Source of the DNA: an uncultured bacterium
GTDB taxonomy: Bacteria > Cyanobacteriota > Cyanobacteriia > Cyanobacteriales > JASJDA01
Assembly (NCBI GenBank): GCA_964458305.1
Contig: CAYWIH010000006.1
Span: forward strand, 5,884 to 69,883
Direction of reading: 5' to 3'
Length of the DNA: 64,000 bases
Shown: piece by piece, positions 40,757 to 51,700 of the stretch
How the letters are laid out: every line of letters begins with the position of its first letter
How positions within the stretch are numbered: position 1 is the stretch's first letter
Position numbers and translations under genes: made by a program
Notes under the pieces: generated by a model
Seen by the model: only the letters and a program-made list of their open reading frames with translations
Database searches by the model: none
What the model was told of the DNA's origin: nothing

Positions 40757-43700
40757 ATGAATCACAATTATATATTACCAGTCAAAAGCAATAACGATCG
40801 CACTAAATTGGAGTCTTTCGACAAGCAAAAAGAAAAAATAGATCGATTTAAAAGAAAATTATTCAAACAAGAACGCGATCGCCTTTGGAAAATCCTCAAA
40901 AAAATCCGCCTGAAGGAAGATTTAGAGAGTTTTTTATTAACAATAACAGCAGCAATTAAACAAGAATTACAACTCGATCGCGTCTGTATTTATCGTTTCG
41001 ATCTAGAAAGCGGAGGGGAAAAAGGTCAAATAATCGCAGAATCTGCAAGCAAAGACTTTACTCCTACTTTAAATGAAATTCTTCCGAGTCTTGTTTTTGG
41101 GGCAAAAGATGCAGCAGAATATTATTTTCAAGGATTGGTAACTTTAGATGTAAAAAATTTATCGGCTTATCAAAAGCAAGTATTAACTCGATTTCAAGTC
41201 AGATCTTCGGTAGCATTACCTATTTTATTAAACTCAATTTATTCGGCAAAAGAGGAGCGATCGGAGGAAGTTTGGGGTTTATTAGTAGCGCAGCAATGTC
41301 AGAGGGAGCGTCAATGGCAAGAAAATGAAATTAATCTGCTCGATCGCATTAGTAGGGAAATAACTATTAGATTGCAACAAGATCGATCGGAAATTAAATT
41401 ATTAGAGGGAAAAGATATCTTGAGTTCGATCGAGCGATCGATGACGATAAAGATGCAAGCAATAGCTACTAAAGTGCGTCAATCTCTCGAAGCAGATCGA
41501 GCAATTGTTTGGGCTTTAAATCCTGACTGGAGCGGCAAAATATTAGCAGAGTCCGTAGGGGCTAATTGTCAGAAAGTAGGGCATAAATTCGCAGTCAATT
41601 ATTTTTTAAAAGAAGAAGAAAATCGGCCTTATTATTTAGTTAACAATATTGAAAGTAAAAAAATAGATCGTCACTCCCGCGAAATTTTAGAAAAATTCGC
41701 AGCAAAAGCTTATCTTAAAGTACCGATCGAGCAAAACGGCCAACTATTAGGATTTTTAGCAGTTTATTACAACTCAACTTCTCGAAACTGGTCGCGATCG
41801 CAAATAAATTTAACAATCGATTTTGCTAGTAAATTGAGCTTTCCACTCCAGCAAACTGCTACGATCCGTAAAAGGGAGTTTGAAAAACAGCAAAGCCAAC
41901 AAATTCAAAAAAGAGAAAAAGAACTAAAAAAAACTATTTCTCTATTAAGAAAGGCAAAAAATGAAGAACTGATTTTTCAAGTTGCAACTCAATCGAGTAG
42001 AAAAATTTTGGCAGTCGATCGCGCGGTAATTTATCGTTTTAATTCCGATTGGAGGGGAGAATTTGTCGCCCAATCTCATCCTAGCAATATAGCGAGTTTA
42101 GCCAAGACAATTAAAGATATTTACTGGCAAGAAAATCGAGCTAGAAATTATAAATTTGGCGAATGTTTTGCTGTAGAGGATATTGATGATGAAAAGCACC
42201 CATCTAGCAATTTAGAACTTCTCAAACAATTTGAAGCTAGAGCCTATGCGATCGCTCCGATTATGACAGAAGATAACAAACTTTGGGGAGTTTTAGGTGT
42301 TTATCAAAACAGTAAAATTCGCAAGTGGCAACCTTCTGAATTAGAAGCTCTCAAAGAGATTGCTACTCAACTGAGTATCGCCAGACAGAAGATAGAATAT
42401 ATCAGAAGGTTAGAGCAAAAAGCCGAGCGAGAAACAGTATTAAACAAAATAGTTGCAAGAATTCGCGAATCTTTGAACCTCAAAGAAATTTTTGAAACCA
42501 CTACTCGAGAAATACGCAATATACTAAAATGCGATCGAGTGGCAATTTATCGTTTTAATCCCGACTGGAGCGGCGAATTTGTTGCCGAATCTCGCGGCCC
42601 CGAATGGCTATCTTTGCTAGAATTACAGCACGCTCGTCCCGAAATTATTGAAAACGTCAATGAGTGTAGCATCAGAAATTTAGCCGAAAATCGAGGTATA
42701 TTCGGGACAAAAGATACTCGCATCCAAGAAACTAAAGGCAGTATTTTTAATAAAACAGTACCCTATCGCATCAGCAACGATATCTATCAATCCGACTTTT
42801 CTGACTGTTATCTTAAAGCTTTAGAAGCATATCAAGCTAAAGCTTACATCATTTTTGCACTCTATCAAAAAGAACGTTTGTGGGGTTTATTAGCCGTATA
42901 TCAAAACTCCTCCCCTCGTAATTGGCAAGAATCTGAAGTAAAATTATTAAATACGATCGCCTCTCAATTGGGAGTAGCAGTATTGCAAGCAGAATATGCC
43001 AGAAAAATTGAAATTCAATCCCTACAAGAAGCAGCAACTGCGCAAATTGTCGCTAGAATTCGTCAATCTTTAAACCTCAATGAGATTTTTGAAAGAACTA
43101 CTTGGGAAATACGCAATTTATTAAAATGCGATCGAACCGCAATTTATCGTTTTAATCCCAACTGGAGCGGGGAATTTGTCGCCGAATCTCGCTCTCCTGA
43201 ATGGGTATCTTTGCTAGAATTACAAAAAGCTAATTCGGCAATTTCTGAGAATATCGATAGTTGCAGTTTGAAAAATTTGGCTGGCGATCGAACTGTAGTC
43301 GGGACAAAAGATACTTATATCGAAGAAACCAAAGGTAGTATTTTTAGTAGAAGCATTCCCTACCGCATCAGCAACGATATTTATAATTCAGGTTTTTCTG
43401 ATTGTTATATTAGAACTTTAGAAGCATATCAAGCTAAAGCTTACGTTATCATCGCTCTCTATCACGGCGAAAAATTATGGGGTTTGTTAGCTGCATATCA
43501 AAACTCCTCTACTCGCAATTGGCAAGAATCTGAGGTTAAATTATTAAATGCGATCGCTTCTCAATTAGGAGTAGCAGTATTGCAAGCAGAATACGCCGAT
43601 CGACTCGAGGAAAAATCAAAAAATCTCGACCTAGCTTTGGAGCGGGAAAAAACAGCTAAAGAGAATTTAGAAAAGCAAGCTATTGCCATGTTAAAATCGA

Positions 43701-44653
43701 TCGAACCTGCTTTTAAAGGGGATTTAAGGGTTAGAGCTGATGTTACTCGCGATCGAATTGGCACTATTGCCGCAGCTTATAATACTACTTTAGATTCGCT
43801 TCAAGATATCGTCATTCAAGTAAAAAATACCGTAAAACAAGTAGTTGAAACCACTAATAATAATAATACTTCGATCGAAGTTCTCTCTAGCAAAGCTCAG
43901 CTACAAACCAACGAGCTTAACCATGCTCTAGCTCAAATCCAAGAAACGATCGAAACTAGCCAATTAGCCGCTCTCAACGCTCGACAAGTCGAATCTGCGA
44001 TCGAGCAAGCCAATCTAACGGTACAATCTGGAGATAGGGCAATGGATAAAAGCGTCGCAAGTATTAACGAAATTCGCTCTTTTGCGATCGATGCCGGAAA
44101 GCGAATTAAGCACCTCAGAGAATCTTCTCAGAGAATTTCTAAGGTGGTAAGTTTGATTAGTTCTTTTGCCGCTCAAACTAATATCCTCGCTTTAAATGCT
44201 ACCCTAGAAGCTACTCGAGCCGGAGAATATGGTAAGGGTTTTGGTGTAGTTGCCGATGAAGTTCGTAATTTATCCCTTCAATCTGCCGAAGCTACTACAG
44301 AAATTGAAAAACTAATTCAAAATATTCAAGCAGAAACTATCGAAGTATCTGCAGCAATGGAAAAAGGAATCGAACAAGTAGAAAGAGGGACTCATTTTGT
44401 TAATGAAACTAGAGAAAATTTGAATCAAATTGTTACTTCTACTGGAGAAATTAGCCAGCTCGTAAAATCTATTAACAATGCAGCTAACGCTCAAAGTCAA
44501 CAAGCTGAATCGGTAATGAGCGCGATCGGACAAATCGCCACGATCGCTCACGAAACTTCCGACGACTCTTTATCCATTTCTGCTTCTTTCGCTGAATTAC
44601 TAGAAATGGTGGCACAATTACAAAATAATATCTCTCAATTTAAAGTTGAATAG
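40757..44653 (+). CDS. Soluble methyl-accepting chemotaxis protein with five N-terminal GAF domains
   Basis: 1298 aa with no obvious TM helix. Five GAF units of the 'DR..IYRF..DWSGE.VAES' type. C-terminal MCP signalling core 'AAQTNILALNATLEATRAGEYGKGFGVVADEVRNLS'. Confidence 0.87.
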   Translation: MNHNYILPVKSNNDRTKLESFDKQKEKIDRFKRKLFKQERDRLWKILKKIRLKEDLESFLLTITAAIKQELQLDRVCIYRFDLESGGEKGQIIAESASKDFTPTLNEILPSLVFGAKDAAEYYFQGLVTLDVKNLSAYQKQVLTRFQVRSSVALPILLNSIYSAKEERSEEVWGLLVAQQCQRERQWQENEINLLDRISREITIRLQQDRSEIKLLEGKDILSSIERSMTIKMQAIATKVRQSLEADRAIVWALNPDWSGKILAESVGANCQKVGHKFAVNYFLKEEENRPYYLVNNIESKKIDRHSREILEKFAAKAYLKVPIEQNGQLLGFLAVYYNSTSRNWSRSQINLTIDFASKLSFPLQQTATIRKREFEKQQSQQIQKREKELKKTISLLRKAKNEELIFQVATQSSRKILAVDRAVIYRFNSDWRGEFVAQSHPSNIASLAKTIKDIYWQENRARNYKFGECFAVEDIDDEKHPSSNLELLKQFEARAYAIAPIMTEDNKLWGVLGVYQNSKIRKWQPSELEALKEIATQLSIARQKIEYIRRLEQKAERETVLNKIVARIRESLNLKEIFETTTREIRNILKCDRVAIYRFNPDWSGEFVAESRGPEWLSLLELQHARPEIIENVNECSIRNLAENRGIFGTKDTRIQETKGSIFNKTVPYRISNDIYQSDFSDCYLKALEAYQAKAYIIFALYQKERLWGLLAVYQNSSPRNWQESEVKLLNTIASQLGVAVLQAEYARKIEIQSLQEAATAQIVARIRQSLNLNEIFERTTWEIRNLLKCDRTAIYRFNPNWSGEFVAESRSPEWVSLLELQKANSAISENIDSCSLKNLAGDRTVVGTKDTYIEETKGSIFSRSIPYRISNDIYNSGFSDCYIRTLEAYQAKAYVIIALYHGEKLWGLLAAYQNSSTRNWQESEVKLLNAIASQLGVAVLQAEYADRLEEKSKNLDLALEREKTAKENLEKQAIAMLKSIEPAFKGDLRVRADVTRDRIGTIAAAYNTTLDSLQDIVIQVKNTVKQVVETTNNNNTSIEVLSSKAQLQTNELNHALAQIQETIETSQLAALNARQVESAIEQANLTVQSGDRAMDKSVASINEIRSFAIDAGKRIKHLRESSQRISKVVSLISSFAAQTNILALNATLEATRAGEYGKGFGVVADEVRNLSLQSAEATTEIEKLIQNIQAETIEVSAAMEKGIEQVERGTHFVNETRENLNQIVTSTGEISQLVKSINNAANAQSQQAESVMSAIGQIATIAHETSDDSLSISASFAELLEMVAQLQNNISQFKVE
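42452..43645 (+). repeat. In-frame tandem duplication (2 x 597 bp) encoding GAF4 and GAF5 of the MCP
   Basis: The segment starting 'gttgcaagaattcgcgaatctttgaacctcaa' at 42452 recurs as 'gtcgctagaattcgtcaatctttaaacctcaa' at 43049. The shared 'ggagtagcagtattgcaagcagaata' occurs at 42971 and 43568. Both offsets are exactly 597 bp. Confidence 0.85.
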
Positions 44654-44662
44654 ATTCAGTCG

Positions 44663-44697
44663 CGATCGGATCGAAATTAAATCCGATCGTCTTATTA
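44663..44697 (+). terminator. Putative intrinsic terminator of the MCP gene
   Basis: 9-bp perfect stem 'cgatcggat'/'atccgatcg' with a 9-nt loop, followed by 'tcttatt'. Confidence 0.45.
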
Positions 44698-44783
44698 ATA
44701 AGTAATTTATTAGCAGCAGGAAATTGGTATAAGTTCTCGAGTTCGCGGTACGATCTTTAAAATAAACTGCCGTTTCAAAAAAT

Positions 44784-46088
44784 ATGATTGCAGAGCTAGA
44801 AAATATAGTAAGATCGGAATCAGATGTTATTAAATGGGAAGATGCTGCCCAAAATTGGCAAGAAAAAATTAATCGCGCGATCGCCAGTAAAAATCCCCCA
44901 GATTATTTAATTTATCCCCACGATAGCGAAACTCTCTCTAAAATTATTAAATATGCCTCTACTCACGAATTAACGATTATGCCTTGCGGTAGCGGCAGTA
45001 AAATCAGCTGGGGAGGACTAAAAAAAGATATTCGTTTGTTATTATCTACCAAAAAACTCGATCGCATTGTCGAACACGCAGTTGACGATCTTACTGTTAC
45101 CGTCGCAGCAGGGGTAAAATTAAGCAATCTACAAAATATTCTCAAAGATAAAAATCAATTTCTAGCTTTAGATCCGGCTTACCCTGAAAATGCGACGATC
45201 GGAGGCATAATTGCGACAGCAGATAGCGGTAGTTGGCGATCTCGTTACGGTGGAGTTAGAGATATGTTACTGGGAATATCTTTTTTGCGCCCTGACGGGG
45301 CTGTTGCCAAAGCTGGCGGTAGAGTTGTTAAAAATGTGGCCGGATACGACTTAATGAAGCTGTTTGCTGGCTCTTACGGCACTTTAGGGATTATTACCGA
45401 AGCTACTTTTAGATTGTATCCTCTGCCAGAATCTTCGATAACTATTTTACTATCTGGGGAAAATGAAGCGATCGCTACGGCTACTCAAACTTTACTCAAT
45501 TCGACTCTAACCCCCACTGCTGCTGACTTACTCTCTCCTGGTTTGGTTAAGGCTTTAGAAATTGGCACGGAGAATGCTAGTTTAGTAGTTCGTTTTCAAA
45601 GTATAGCAGAAAGTTGTGCCGAACAAACTAAAATATTAGAATCGATCGCCAAAAATTTAAATCTAAAAACGATTTTGTATCGAGATAGTGAGGAAGAAAA
45701 ATTATGGCAAAGATTACAAAAAATAATTAGAATTCCTGTTTCAAAGAGTGCGATTACTTGCAAAATAGGAGTAATACCGAATGCTGCTGTAGAAACATTA
45801 AATAAACTGACGACGTTAACTAATAATTCTGGATTGGGTTTAATTAGAGCTAGTAGTGGCTTGGGTTGGTTAAATTTAGATTCCGATGGAGCAGAAATTA
45901 AAAAGATGCGATCGCATTTAGAAAATAATCGCGGCTTTCTGAGTATTTTAGAAGCACCAAAAGAAATTAAAGGAGCGATCGAACCTTGGGGATATACTGG
46001 CAACGCTTTAACAATTATGCAAAAAATCAAACAGCAATTCGACCCCAAAAATATTTTAAATCCTCAAGGCTTTGTCAGCAATATTTAA
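44784..46088 (+). CDS. glcE: Glycolate oxidase/dehydrogenase FAD-binding subunit GlcE
   Basis: 434 aa with an FAD-binding PCMH domain ('PCGSGSKISWGG', 'VKNVAGYDLMKLF'). It lies directly upstream of glcF. Confidence 0.8.
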   Translation: MIAELENIVRSESDVIKWEDAAQNWQEKINRAIASKNPPDYLIYPHDSETLSKIIKYASTHELTIMPCGSGSKISWGGLKKDIRLLLSTKKLDRIVEHAVDDLTVTVAAGVKLSNLQNILKDKNQFLALDPAYPENATIGGIIATADSGSWRSRYGGVRDMLLGISFLRPDGAVAKAGGRVVKNVAGYDLMKLFAGSYGTLGIITEATFRLYPLPESSITILLSGENEAIATATQTLLNSTLTPTAADLLSPGLVKALEIGTENASLVVRFQSIAESCAEQTKILESIAKNLNLKTILYRDSEEEKLWQRLQKIIRIPVSKSAITCKIGVIPNAAVETLNKLTTLTNNSGLGLIRASSGLGWLNLDSDGAEIKKMRSHLENNRGFLSILEAPKEIKGAIEPWGYTGNALTIMQKIKQQFDPKNILNPQGFVSNI

Positions 46089-46218
46089 CTGTTTGCGGGA
46101 CATAATCGTCTTTGTTCTACAAATTAAATTAAATAGAGGCGATCGAACTAAATAAAATTTAGAAAATAGACAATTCCGAACAAAAATTAAAAACAAATAA
46201 TTAATTAACAACAGAAAA

Positions 46219-47586
46219 ATGCAAACATCAGATAACAGTTTAAACAACTTCGATTTTAAAACTACAACAAATAAAAACTTAAAAGGATTCGATCCAAAAG
46301 ATCCGCCCAAACAAGAACTGATCGACACCTGCGTACATTGCGGCTTTTGTTTGGCAACTTGTCCCAGTTATCGAGTAATCGGAAAAGAAATGGATTCTCC
46401 GAGGGGAAGAATTTATTTAATGGATGCAATTAACAAAGGAGAAGCAGCATTAACAGATGCGACGATCGAACATTTTGATTCTTGTTTGGGATGTCTTGCT
46501 TGCGTTACTACTTGTCCTTCTGGAGTAGAATACGATAAATTAATTTCCGCTACTCGTCCCCAAGTAGAAAGAAATCAAAATCGTAGTTGGTGGGAAAATT
46601 TTATTAGAGCGATAATATTTAATTTATTTCCCTACCCCGATCGCTTGCGAATCTTTTTACCCCTTTTATATATTTACCAAAAACTAGGAATTCAAACACT
46701 TATCCGCAAAACAGGACTGTTAAAATTAATCGCACCAAATTTAGCAGCAATGGACTCAATTTTACCGACAATTACTCTCAATTCTTTCCGAGATAATTTA
46801 CCGGATACCATACCAGCTCAAACCGAAAAAAAATATCGCGTTGGGGTAATTTTAGGCTGCGTACAAAGACTGTTCTTTTCCCCAGTTAACGAAGCTACAG
46901 TTAGGGTTTTAACAGCTAACGGTTGCGAGGTAGTAATTCCAAAAACACAAGGTTGTTGTGCTGCATTACCCGCACACCAAGGACAAGAAAAACAGGCACA
47001 AGAATTAGCCAAACAAATGATAGATAGTTTTGCCGAAACAGATGTAGACTACATTATTATTAACGCTGCTGGCTGCGGACATACTTTAAAAGAATACGGT
47101 CACATTTTAAAAGACGATCCAGAATATCAGGATAAAGCAAAACAATTTTCAGCAAAAGTAAGAGACGTTCAAGAATTTTTAAGCCAGATCGAACTAACAG
47201 CAAAACTATCTCCTTTAACTGACGGAGAATTAACCATGGTTTATCAAGATGCTTGTCATTTATTGCACGGTCAAAAAATTAGCTTACAACCCCGTCAGTT
47301 ATTGAAAAAAATTCCTCAAGTCAAATTAAAAGAGCCGATCGATGCTGCTTTATGTTGCGGAAGTGCTGGAGTTTATAATATGCTTCAACCAGAAGTAGCC
47401 GACGAGTTAGGCCAGCAAAAAGTTAATAATTTAGTAAATACTGGGGCTGAATTAATTGCTTCTGCTAACCCAGGTTGTTCCCTACAAATTAAAAAACATT
47501 TAGAATTACAAGGAAAAACAATAACTTTAATGCATCCGATCGAATTATTGGATCTTTCAATTAGAGGGATAAAATTAAATCTCTAA
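46219..47586 (+). CDS. glcF: Glycolate oxidase/dehydrogenase iron-sulfur subunit GlcF
   Basis: 455 aa. Two 4Fe-4S motifs, 'CVHCGFCLATCP' and 'CLGCLACVTTCP', then two CCG domains ('GCCAALP', 'ALCCGSAG'). Confidence 0.87.
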   Translation: MQTSDNSLNNFDFKTTTNKNLKGFDPKDPPKQELIDTCVHCGFCLATCPSYRVIGKEMDSPRGRIYLMDAINKGEAALTDATIEHFDSCLGCLACVTTCPSGVEYDKLISATRPQVERNQNRSWWENFIRAIIFNLFPYPDRLRIFLPLLYIYQKLGIQTLIRKTGLLKLIAPNLAAMDSILPTITLNSFRDNLPDTIPAQTEKKYRVGVILGCVQRLFFSPVNEATVRVLTANGCEVVIPKTQGCCAALPAHQGQEKQAQELAKQMIDSFAETDVDYIIINAAGCGHTLKEYGHILKDDPEYQDKAKQFSAKVRDVQEFLSQIELTAKLSPLTDGELTMVYQDACHLLHGQKISLQPRQLLKKIPQVKLKEPIDAALCCGSAGVYNMLQPEVADELGQQKVNNLVNTGAELIASANPGCSLQIKKHLELQGKTITLMHPIELLDLSIRGIKLNL

Positions 47587-47736
47587 AACTTTTTTTAATA
47601 GCTAGCGCGTCAAATTAAAGTTAAAATTACTGCGACGCGCTTACGATTGAAATCGTGAGTATTAGTTAAGTCTAAATTTTTTATTGAGTCGATCGCAAAA
47701 TACTAGCTGTTCGTTAAAATTTGGAGAAATAAAATC

Positions 47737-48204
47737 GTGAATAGATTTAACAAAATTATTTCTAGTTTATACTCGTCTAAAAATATTATTCTTGGCTTAA
47801 TTTTAATTGTTATTTTATTAGGTGGTTGTGCTAACAAAGAAAAAGATCGAGAATTTGAAATGTACTTTTATAGATCTTTAAATTACATCAATGTAGCTCG
47901 GGGCTTAAACGATATCGATCTCGAAAGGAAAAAAACATTCTTCGAGTCAGAATATACCATGGAATTAGCCCAAAGAATAGCTAGAGAAGATTGCCATCGT
48001 CTCAAAAAAAGAATTAAAGTAGTCGAAAAAAATGAAACTAAAATAGACTTTTTACGGAAAAGAGGACAAAGAACAGAACAAGAAATTGAAGATATTAAAG
48101 ACATCGATCGCGCTATTTATTTAGCAGGAAAATTAAGTTACTGTCCTAAATTTATCGATCCGAAAATTGAAATTTATAAGACAATTCGTAAGAATGAATT
48201 TTAA
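47737..48204 (+). CDS. Hypothetical lipoprotein
   Basis: 155 aa with a GTG start, a signal peptide and lipobox 'LLGGC'. The mature part is a charged helical region. No family recognised. Confidence 0.45.
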   Translation: MNRFNKIISSLYSSKNIILGLILIVILLGGCANKEKDREFEMYFYRSLNYINVARGLNDIDLERKKTFFESEYTMELAQRIAREDCHRLKKRIKVVEKNETKIDFLRKRGQRTEQEIEDIKDIDRAIYLAGKLSYCPKFIDPKIEIYKTIRKNEF

Positions 48205-48353
48205 TTGATATTTGTTTCGCGAAGAGGTTCATTTTAAGATCGTCTCGAAAAGTGGCATAAAAAATAAAGTAAGCTTTAAAATTGGACTCGAGATGCAAAA
48301 AGATGATTTAAATTACTAAAATAGGTAAAAATTGGACGTGAGGCATTTTCCGT

Positions 48354-48719
48354 ATGATGGATTTTGTGGCACAAGCTGCTAAGATTGTAATTACTATATT
48401 AGGGACAAAAGCCTTAGAAAGAATTGGCACAAAATTACCGGATATATTAACAGAGAAAATTCGCAAATTTACCGCATCCCTAGAGCAAATCTCTCCCGAT
48501 ACTGCAAAAGCTCTTAAACTAGCCCCAGAACAACCGTTAAACAGCGATCGAGTAGAAAGAGAAATAATAGCAGCAGCACGAAACAATCCTGAATTTAAAG
48601 AAATATTGCTCGATTTAGAAAAAGCAATACATAATTACTATCTAGCTAGCAAAGGACAGCAAAACATAATTAATAACGATCGAGTTAACCGATTCAGCAA
48701 AAAATATTTTTCAAATTAA
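48354..48719 (+). CDS. Short helical ORF, probably the detached N-terminal module of the downstream STAND NTPase
   Basis: 121 aa. It ends 37 nt before the NACHT reading frame opens in a different frame. It resembles the short helical leaders found on cyanobacterial NACHT proteins. Confidence 0.4.
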   Translation: MMDFVAQAAKIVITILGTKALERIGTKLPDILTEKIRKFTASLEQISPDTAKALKLAPEQPLNSDRVEREIIAAARNNPEFKEILLDLEKAIHNYYLASKGQQNIINNDRVNRFSKKYFSN

Positions 48720-48756
48720 TAATATCGAAAATTTTAATAATACTGTAGGTGACTGA

Positions 48757-51700
48757 AAGCATTCGCATAAGAATAATACACCGTTAGAAATTCACTGGCA
48801 AGATGTTTGCGGAAAAATATTAGAAAAACAGCGAGAATATGGGGAATTTAGACGCAAAGCAACCGATCGAGGTTTTGAATTAAAGATTAATGTAGCTCTA
48901 AGTTTAGTCGATCGCATCCAACAACAGCGAAAAGCAAAAAAAGAAAAAGAAAAAGAAGAAAAAGATCGAACTTTTCCAGGATATTATCAATTCGATCGAT
49001 TTTTAAAAGAAGTTATCGACACTGAAAAAAGCAAGTATATTGCTATTGTTGGTAAACCTGGAGCGGGAAAAACAAAGCTGTTAGAAGATATTGCCTTTTG
49101 GATACAGGAAAATAATAAAGGCTATCCGATATGCGTATCGTTGGGAAAGTTAAAAGATTTAGAAGATTTAGAAAAGAAACCCCTCGAAGAATATTTATTA
49201 AAAGAATGGTTAGAAAAAGCACTGTCATATATCAAAACAAAAATAGACGAGCGACATACTGATGCTTTAAAACAACTATTTAGAGAGGGTAAAGGATGGC
49301 TGCTATTAGATGGTTTGGATGAGATAACAGCTTCTTCCTCCATTAAAGCTTTGGCTCGAATTAAGCAAGAATTGGACGGATTTTTTAATGGGAGAGTAAT
49401 TATTACTTCCAGACTTAATATTGGAGATGGGAGTAGTATCAATCTTGCTGGTTTTGAAACTTATCTCACTCTAGATTTTCAACAAAAACAAGTAGAAGAA
49501 TTTATTCAGCAGTGGTTTGCTGAAGCTGACAAAAAAGATAAGACAAATTTAGCTCTAAAAAAGGTAAAGAGATTACAGAGCAAGTTAAAAGAGACAAAAA
49601 ATATCAAGATTAAAGATTTAGTTAGAAACCCTCTGTCATTATCGCTTTTGTGTCAAATTTTCTATGTAGATGATTCTGTAGAGTTACCCCAAACTAAAGC
49701 ACAACTTTATCGGCTATTTACCCAAAATTTTTATCGCTGGAAACAAGAGCAACATCCAGATTTAATCGAGAAAGATAAACCAGTCAAAAAATTACATAAA
49801 GCTCTTGCTAAATTATCTCTAGCAGCAATTGAAAACAAACTTAGATTTAGAATTAAACGAGAATTTGCTCGCGAAACTATGGGCAATAAAATGTTTAAAT
49901 TAGCTTGGGATTTAGGTTGGTTAAATTTAGTAGAGAAAGAGTCACAATTACAAGGTACTGTTTACTGTTTCTTTCATCCGACTTTTCAAGAATATTTTGC
50001 CGCACAAGCAGTTGACGATTGGCATTTTTTCCTAGATGAAAGATCGAAAGATATAACAAAAAGCATTTATGGTATTTTCGATTCGCAGTGGAAAGAAGTT
50101 ATTTTATTTTGGTTGGGAAGAGAAGATATTAAATCAGATATTAAAGAAAAATTTATTAGTAATTTAAAAGAGTTTCGAGATTTTTGTCAAGGATTTTATG
50201 GTTATCAAGCTTATTTTTTAGCCGCAGCAGGAATTAATGAATTTCAAGATTGCTCTTTAGAGTTAACCGAGGAAATAGTCACAAAAGTAATTGAATTGAG
50301 CTTTGGATATTTCAACGAAGAAATAAAACAATGGATTCAATTTATCGAACCAATTACCAAACCTGCCAAAATAGCATTACTAGAAACCAATCAAAAAATA
50401 GCAATACAATTTTTAATTGAACGGCTAAATAACTGCAAGAAAAGTAGTGTCATTCAAGAAATTATTAATATCTTAGGTAAAATTGCTGTTGGAGATGACA
50501 AGGCGATCGCAACTCTTAAAAACCTCTTAGAAGATAAAGAACTCAATCAAAATGAAAGAATTAGTCTCTGTGCTGCTCATAATTTAGGCATAATCGATCC
50601 AAACAATCAAAAAGCAATTAAAACACAAATAGAACTATTAAAAACTGCCAATCACCATTGGACTCAGATCGACGCAGCAGGAAGCTTACAAGTAATAGGT
50701 AACAACGATCGATTAGCTATCAATGAATTAACAAATATATTAAAAACTAACGATAATACTAATATTTTGGTTTTTGGTACTGATACTCTAGAAATCATTG
50801 CTGTTGGCAATAAAAAATGTATTCAAGAATTAATTGAGTTTATAAATTCTGATAATAATACCTGGAATTGCGAATTAGCAGTTTCTTGCTTGGGAAAAAT
50901 TGCTCCGGGAGATAGCAATGCTGCTGAATCTTTGAAAAATCTACTACAACATACACAAAATCATTTTATCTTTTCTAGAGCTGTAGATAGTTTAAAAGAT
51001 ATTTTGCCAGACAATTTAGAAATAGTTGAATTGCTAAATAGAATTATTCAAGAAACTGAAAATGAAGAAATTAAACAGTCAGCATTTTATTATCTAGAAG
51101 TAATTAATGCCAGTAATCTAATCGCTCTCGAAGCACAGCTAGAAATACTTAAAAAGAATAATAATCAGATCGCTCGTAATCGTGTCGCCAACAAGATAAT
51201 AAGCAAGTATGTAGGAAATAAAAAAGCGATCGAGAGTTTAGATGAAATCATTCAAAACCTAGATTTAGCTCCCTTAAGGATTATAGAATTTGCTGAAATT
51301 TTAGCCGCGATCGATCCTGACAATGACACAGCTATTGATTCAGTTATAGAAATTATTGAAATTGCTAGAAATGACGATATTTTTAAAGAATGGGAAATTG
51401 TTTTAGCCAGAAAAGAGGAAAATGAAAATTCAGATGATTCTGAACTTTTCGCACTGCAAGAAAGAGAAATATTAGAAGTACAAGAACAAAGCAATCCCAA
51501 TAGTAGTTATAGGGATTGTTGCAAAGAAGCGATCGAGTCTTTGGGAAAAATCGGTCAAAACAATCCTAAAGTTATTAGCTTTATTATCGAACTTCTAAAT
51601 ATTAAACAACCTATTAGCTCGGCAGTTTTCGAGACTTTAGCAAAAATTGCTTCTAATAACGAAATTGCTATTGATTCCTTAATAGAAATAATATTAGATA

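Noticed and set aside
45596-46048. 150-aa antisense ORF within glcE
   Set aside because: It is a shadow ORF on the opposite strand of a well-supported FAD-binding subunit gene. It has no motifs or independent start context.
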